DNA of 64,000 nucleotides from Escherichia coli (GTDB lineage Bacteria; Pseudomonadota; Gammaproteobacteria; Enterobacterales; Enterobacteriaceae): NCBI RefSeq assembly GCF_003790525.1, contig NZ_CP033635.1; one strand, 5' to 3'. Shown piece by piece: positions 59,810 to 64,000 of this stretch (position 1 is its first letter; each line of letters starts with the position of its first letter). The notes under the pieces were generated by a model. It saw only the letters and a program-made list of their open reading frames with translations, ran no database searches and was not told where the DNA came from. The position numbers and the translations under genes were made by a program.

Positions 59810-60115
59810 ATGAAACTCTCAACCTGCTGTGCCGCGCTTCTGCTCGCCCTCGCCTCACCCGCGGTACTCGCCGCGCCGGGATCCTGTGAGCGCATACAGA
59901 GCGATATATCACAGCGCATTATCAATAATGGCGTACCCGAAAGCAGCTTCACGTTAAGTATTGTACCCAATGACCAGGTTGATCAGCCTGATTCCCAGGT
60001 CGTCGGGCATTGCGCTAATGATACGCATAAAATTCTCTACACCCGCACCACCAGCGGTAACGTCTCTGCTCCCGCGCAGTCTACCCAGGATGGCGCGCCT
60101 GCCGAACCGCAGTAA
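59810..60115 (+). CDS. ynfD: Small secreted protein
   Basis: 101 aa from internal ATG (MKLSTCCAALLLALASPAVLA signal peptide). Confidence 0.8.
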   Translation: MKLSTCCAALLLALASPAVLAAPGSCERIQSDISQRIINNGVPESSFTLSIVPNDQVDQPDSQVVGHCANDTHKILYTRTTSGNVSAPAQSTQDGAPAEPQ

Positions 60116-60200
60116 CACATTATCGACTGAACGCCGGATACGACACATCCGGCGATTTGAACATACAACATAATCCCACCTTATTACTCATACCCTTCTA

Positions 60201-60214
60201 TTGATATGGATTAA
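60201..60214. promoter_or_regulatory. Candidate FNR site TTGAT-ATGG-ATTAA upstream of ynfE
   Basis: 9/10 match to TTGAT-N4-ATCAA about 100 bp upstream of ynfE. Confidence 0.35.
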
Positions 60215-60313
60215 TAATTCTTAACCCAAAATGGGTAGACTCCCTCTATTGTTAGCGCGCTAAATATTCAATATATAAACTTTTATATAACGATAAAGAA
60301 CAGGGAGTGAGTT

Positions 60314-62740
60314 ATGTCCAAAAATGAACAAATGGTGGGCATCAGCCGCAGAACACTCGTTAAATCTACCGCGATAGGTTCTCTGGCGCTGGCTGCAGGC
60401 GGTTTTTCTTTACCGTTCACCCTGCGCAGTTCAGCGGCAGCGGTACAACAGGCCAGCGAAAAAGTGGTCTGGGGTGCCTGTTCCGTCAACTGTGGTAGCC
60501 GCTGTGCACTTCGTCTACATGTTAAAGATAATGAAGTCACTTGGGTGGAAACTGACAACACCGGCAACGACGAGTATGGCAATCAACAAGTACGCGCCTG
60601 TTTGCGCGGTCGGTCCATCCGTCGACGTATTAATCATCCCGATCGCTTGAATTACCCAATGAAACGCGTGGGCAAACGTGGCGAAGGCAAATTCGAACGG
60701 ATTAGCTGGGATGAAGCCCTGGATACTATCGCCAGTAGCCTGAAAAAAACCGTCGAACAATATGGCAATGAGGCTGTATATATTCAGTACTCTTCAGGGA
60801 TCGTTGGCGGCAATATGACCCGCTCTTCACCATCAGCCTCGGCGGTCAAACGCCTGATGAACTGCTACGGCGGTTCACTCAATCAGTATGGCTCCTACAG
60901 CACCGCGCAAATTTCCTGTGCCATGCCCTACACCTACGGCAGTAATGATGGCAACAGCACCACGGATATTGAAAACAGCAAGCTGGTCGTGATGTTTGGT
61001 AACAACCCGGCAGAAACCCGCATGAGCGGCGGTGGCATCACTTATCTTCTTGAAAAAGCACGCGAGAAATCGAACGCAAAAATGATTGTTATCGATCCGC
61101 GATATACCGATACGGCTGCTGGTCGTGAAGACGAATGGTTACCTATTCGCCCGGGCACCGATGCCGCGCTGGTTGCGGGTATTGCCTGGGTATTGATTAA
61201 CGAAAATCTCGTTGATCAACCTTTTCTCGATAAATACTGCGTCGGCTATGACGAAAAAACCTTACCCGCAGATGCACCAAAAAATGGTCACTATAAAGCC
61301 TATATTCTTGGTGAAGGTGATGATAAAACAGCGAAAACGCCGCAGTGGGCTTCGCAAATTACCGGTATCCCGGTGGACCGTATCATCAAGCTGGCTCGTG
61401 AAATTGGCACAGCAAAACCCGCTTATATCTGCCAGGGCTGGGGGCCGCAACGCCAGGCAAACGGTGAGCTGACCGCACGCGCTATTGCTATGTTGCCTAT
61501 TTTGACGGGCAATGTCGGCATCAGCGGCGGAAATAGTGGTGCGCGTGAATCGACCTATACCATTACCATAGAACGCCTACCGGTGCTGGATAATCCGGTC
61601 AAAACGTCAATCTCTTGCTTCAGCTGGACGGATGCTATCGATCATGGCCCGCAAATGACGGCAATCCGCGACGGTGTCCGGGGCAAAGATAAACTGGATG
61701 TGCCCATTAAGTTCATCTGGAACTACGCGGGAAATACCCTCGTTAATCAGCATTCTGACATCAACAAAACGCATGAAATTCTGCAGGACGAATCGAAATG
61801 CGAAATGATTGTGGTCATCGAAAACTTTATGACCTCATCGGCAAAATATGCCGACATTCTGCTGCCAGACCTGATGACCGTTGAGCAGGAAGATATTATT
61901 CCTAACGACTACGCCGGTAACATGGGATATCTCATTTTCCTTCAGCCAGTCACCAGCGAAAAATTCGAACGCAAACCGATTTACTGGATCCTGAGTGAAG
62001 TCGCGAAACGTCTTGGACCTGACGTCTATCAAAAGTTCACTGAAGGTCGCACTCAGGAACAATGGTTACAACATCTGTACGCCAAAATGCTTGCCAAAGA
62101 TCCGGCGTTACCGTCTTACGACGAACTGAAAAAAATGGGTATCTATAAGCGTAAAGATCCCAATGGTCATTTTGTCGCCTACAAAGCATTTCGTGAGGAC
62201 CCCGAGGCAAATCCACTTAAAACGCCTTCCGGTAAGATTGAAATTTATTCCAACAGGCTGGCGGAAATTGCCCGTACCTGGGAACTGGAAAAAGATGAAG
62301 TGATAAGCCCATTGCCAGTTTATGCCTCAACCTTTGAAGGCTGGGACTCCCCTGAACGTAGAACCTTCCCACTGCAACTGTTTGGTTTCCATTACAAATC
62401 CCGTACTCACTCGACCTACGGCAACATTGATGTCCTGAAGGCAGCCTGCCGTCAGGAGGTGTGGATCAACCCTATAGATGCACAGAAACGTGGGATTGCC
62501 AACGGCGATATGGTGCGGGTGTTTAACCATCGTGGCGAAGTTCGGCTACCAGCCAAAGTGACACCACGCATTCTCCCTGGAGTTAGTGCTATGGGCCAGG
62601 GAGCCTGGCACGAGGCCAATATGTCTGGCGATAAAATCGACCATGGCGGCTGTGTGAATACGCTAACCACTCTGCGCCCTTCACCACTGGCGAAGGGAAA
62701 CCCGCAGCACACTAATCTGGTCGAGATCGAAAAAATATAA
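60314..62740 (+). CDS. ynfE: Tat-exported molybdopterin oxidoreductase (DmsA paralogue)
   Basis: 808-aa ORF with twin-arginine signal (SRRTLVKSTAIG) and N-terminal Cys cluster. Confidence 0.9.
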   Translation: MSKNEQMVGISRRTLVKSTAIGSLALAAGGFSLPFTLRSSAAAVQQASEKVVWGACSVNCGSRCALRLHVKDNEVTWVETDNTGNDEYGNQQVRACLRGRSIRRRINHPDRLNYPMKRVGKRGEGKFERISWDEALDTIASSLKKTVEQYGNEAVYIQYSSGIVGGNMTRSSPSASAVKRLMNCYGGSLNQYGSYSTAQISCAMPYTYGSNDGNSTTDIENSKLVVMFGNNPAETRMSGGGITYLLEKAREKSNAKMIVIDPRYTDTAAGREDEWLPIRPGTDAALVAGIAWVLINENLVDQPFLDKYCVGYDEKTLPADAPKNGHYKAYILGEGDDKTAKTPQWASQITGIPVDRIIKLAREIGTAKPAYICQGWGPQRQANGELTARAIAMLPILTGNVGISGGNSGARESTYTITIERLPVLDNPVKTSISCFSWTDAIDHGPQMTAIRDGVRGKDKLDVPIKFIWNYAGNTLVNQHSDINKTHEILQDESKCEMIVVIENFMTSSAKYADILLPDLMTVEQEDIIPNDYAGNMGYLIFLQPVTSEKFERKPIYWILSEVAKRLGPDVYQKFTEGRTQEQWLQHLYAKMLAKDPALPSYDELKKMGIYKRKDPNGHFVAYKAFREDPEANPLKTPSGKIEIYSNRLAEIARTWELEKDEVISPLPVYASTFEGWDSPERRTFPLQLFGFHYKSRTHSTYGNIDVLKAACRQEVWINPIDAQKRGIANGDMVRVFNHRGEVRLPAKVTPRILPGVSAMGQGAWHEANMSGDKIDHGGCVNTLTTLRPSPLAKGNPQHTNLVEIEKI

Positions 62741-62797
62741 CCCTCTACGACCATAAATTTTGACATGACATTTTGTTTGAAAAGCAATAAGTGAGTA

Positions 62798-64000
62798 ATG
62801 ATGAAAATCCATACCACAGAGGCGCTCATGAAGGCTGAAATCAGCCGTAGAAGTCTGATGAAAACCTCCGCACTTGGCAGTCTTGCGCTGGCAAGCAGTG
62901 CTTTCACTCTGCCATTTTCCCAAATGGTCCGAGCGGCAGAGACACCGGTAGAAGAGAAAGCGGTCTGGAGTTCCTGCACCGTTAACTGCGGGAGCCGCTG
63001 TCTGTTACGTTTGCATGTGAAAGATGACACCGTGTACTGGGTGGAGTCTGATACGACAGGTGACGACGTCTACGGTAATCATCAGGTTCGAGCGTGTTTA
63101 CGCGGGCGCTCTATCCGTCGACGGATGAATCATCCTGACAGGTTGAAATATCCCATGAAGCGCGTCGGCAAGCGCGGTGAAGGTAAATTTGAACGGATAA
63201 GTTGGGATGAAGCCCTGGATACCATCAGTGATAATCTTCGGCGGATCCTGAAAGATTACGGCAATGAGGCTGTACATGTCCTGTACGGAACAGGCGTAGA
63301 TGGCGGAAACATCACCAACTCGAACGTCCCGTACCGTCTGATGAACTCTTGCGGTGGTTTTCTCAGTCGCTATGGCAGCTACAGTACCGCACAGATCAGT
63401 GCCGCGATGAGTTATATGTTCGGTGCCAATGATGGCAACAGCCCGGATGATATCGCCAATACGAAACTGGTCGTTATGTTCGGAAATAACCCGGCAGAAA
63501 CCCGGATGAGCGGCGGTGGTGTCACTTACTACGTCGAGCAAGCCCGCGAACGTTCAAACGCACGCATGATCGTCATTGATCCACGTTATAACGACACTGC
63601 TGCCGGCGTGAAGATGAATGGCTGCCCATTCGCCCTGGCACCGATGGCGCACTGGCCTGTGCGATTGCCTGGGTACTGATTACTGAAAACATGGTCGATC
63701 AGCCATTTCTCGACAAATATTGTGTTGGTTACGATGAAAAAACGCTGCCCGCCAACGCACCACGTAACGCGCATTATAAAGCCTATATTCTGGGCGAAGG
63801 GCCTGACGGCATAGCTAAAACGCCGGAATGGGCAGCAAAAATCACCAGCATCCCGGCAGAAAAAATTATCCAGTTGGCACGAGAGATCGGTTCAGCAAAA
63901 CCGGCTTATATTTGTCAGGGTTGGGGGCCACAACGACATTCCAACGGCGAGCAAACATCCCGCGCTATTGCCATGCTTTCCGTTCTCACCGGTAACGTCG
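62798..64000 (+). pseudogene. ynfF: ynfF, DmsA paralogue with a 1-bp frameshift near 63605; continues past window end
   Basis: Track ORF stops at 63679, but the paralogous protein sequence continues in the +1 frame to the window edge; GCCGGCGTGAAG where paralogue ynfE has GCTGGTCGTGAAG. Confidence 0.55.

Overview
This window is an Escherichia coli chromosomal segment syntenic with the K-12 interval from ydeP to ynfF (gene identities and all K-12 comparisons are from memory of protein families and gene order, not from a database search). I did not find a clearly novel biological system; the most unusual content is a low-GC carbohydrate uptake island between marB and eamA and an apparent hipBA deletion scar. 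Gene order on the window: ydeP (partial), a complete F9/Yde-type chaperone-usher fimbrial operon, an AraC-family regulator fragment, a degraded AIDA-type autotransporter, lsrK-lsrR and lsrACDBFG, tam, yneE, uxaB, dgcF, yneG, glsB, sad, yneJ, yneK (frameshifted), ydeA, marC-marRAB, the island (porin, PTS IIB/IIC/IIA, GH1 phospho-beta-glucosidase, GntR regulator), eamA, ydeE, mgtS/MgrR, dgcZ, ydeI, dcp, ydfG, rspR, ydfZ, ydfI, ydfJ, rspBA, ynfA, ynfB, speG, ynfC, ynfD, ynfE and the start of ynfF. Differences from K-12: no hipBA genes although two HipB-type operator palindromes remain; the fimbrial usher, chaperone and major subunit are intact; ydeJ is reduced to a short 3' remnant; the Qin prophage is absent and ydfJ is intact; yneK and ynfF each carry a single-base frameshift. 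No rRNA, tRNA, CRISPR array, IS element or integrase was recognised. The ORF track uses GTG/TTG as starts and omits edge-truncated ORFs and very small genes, so ydeP and mgtS were called by reading the sequence directly.
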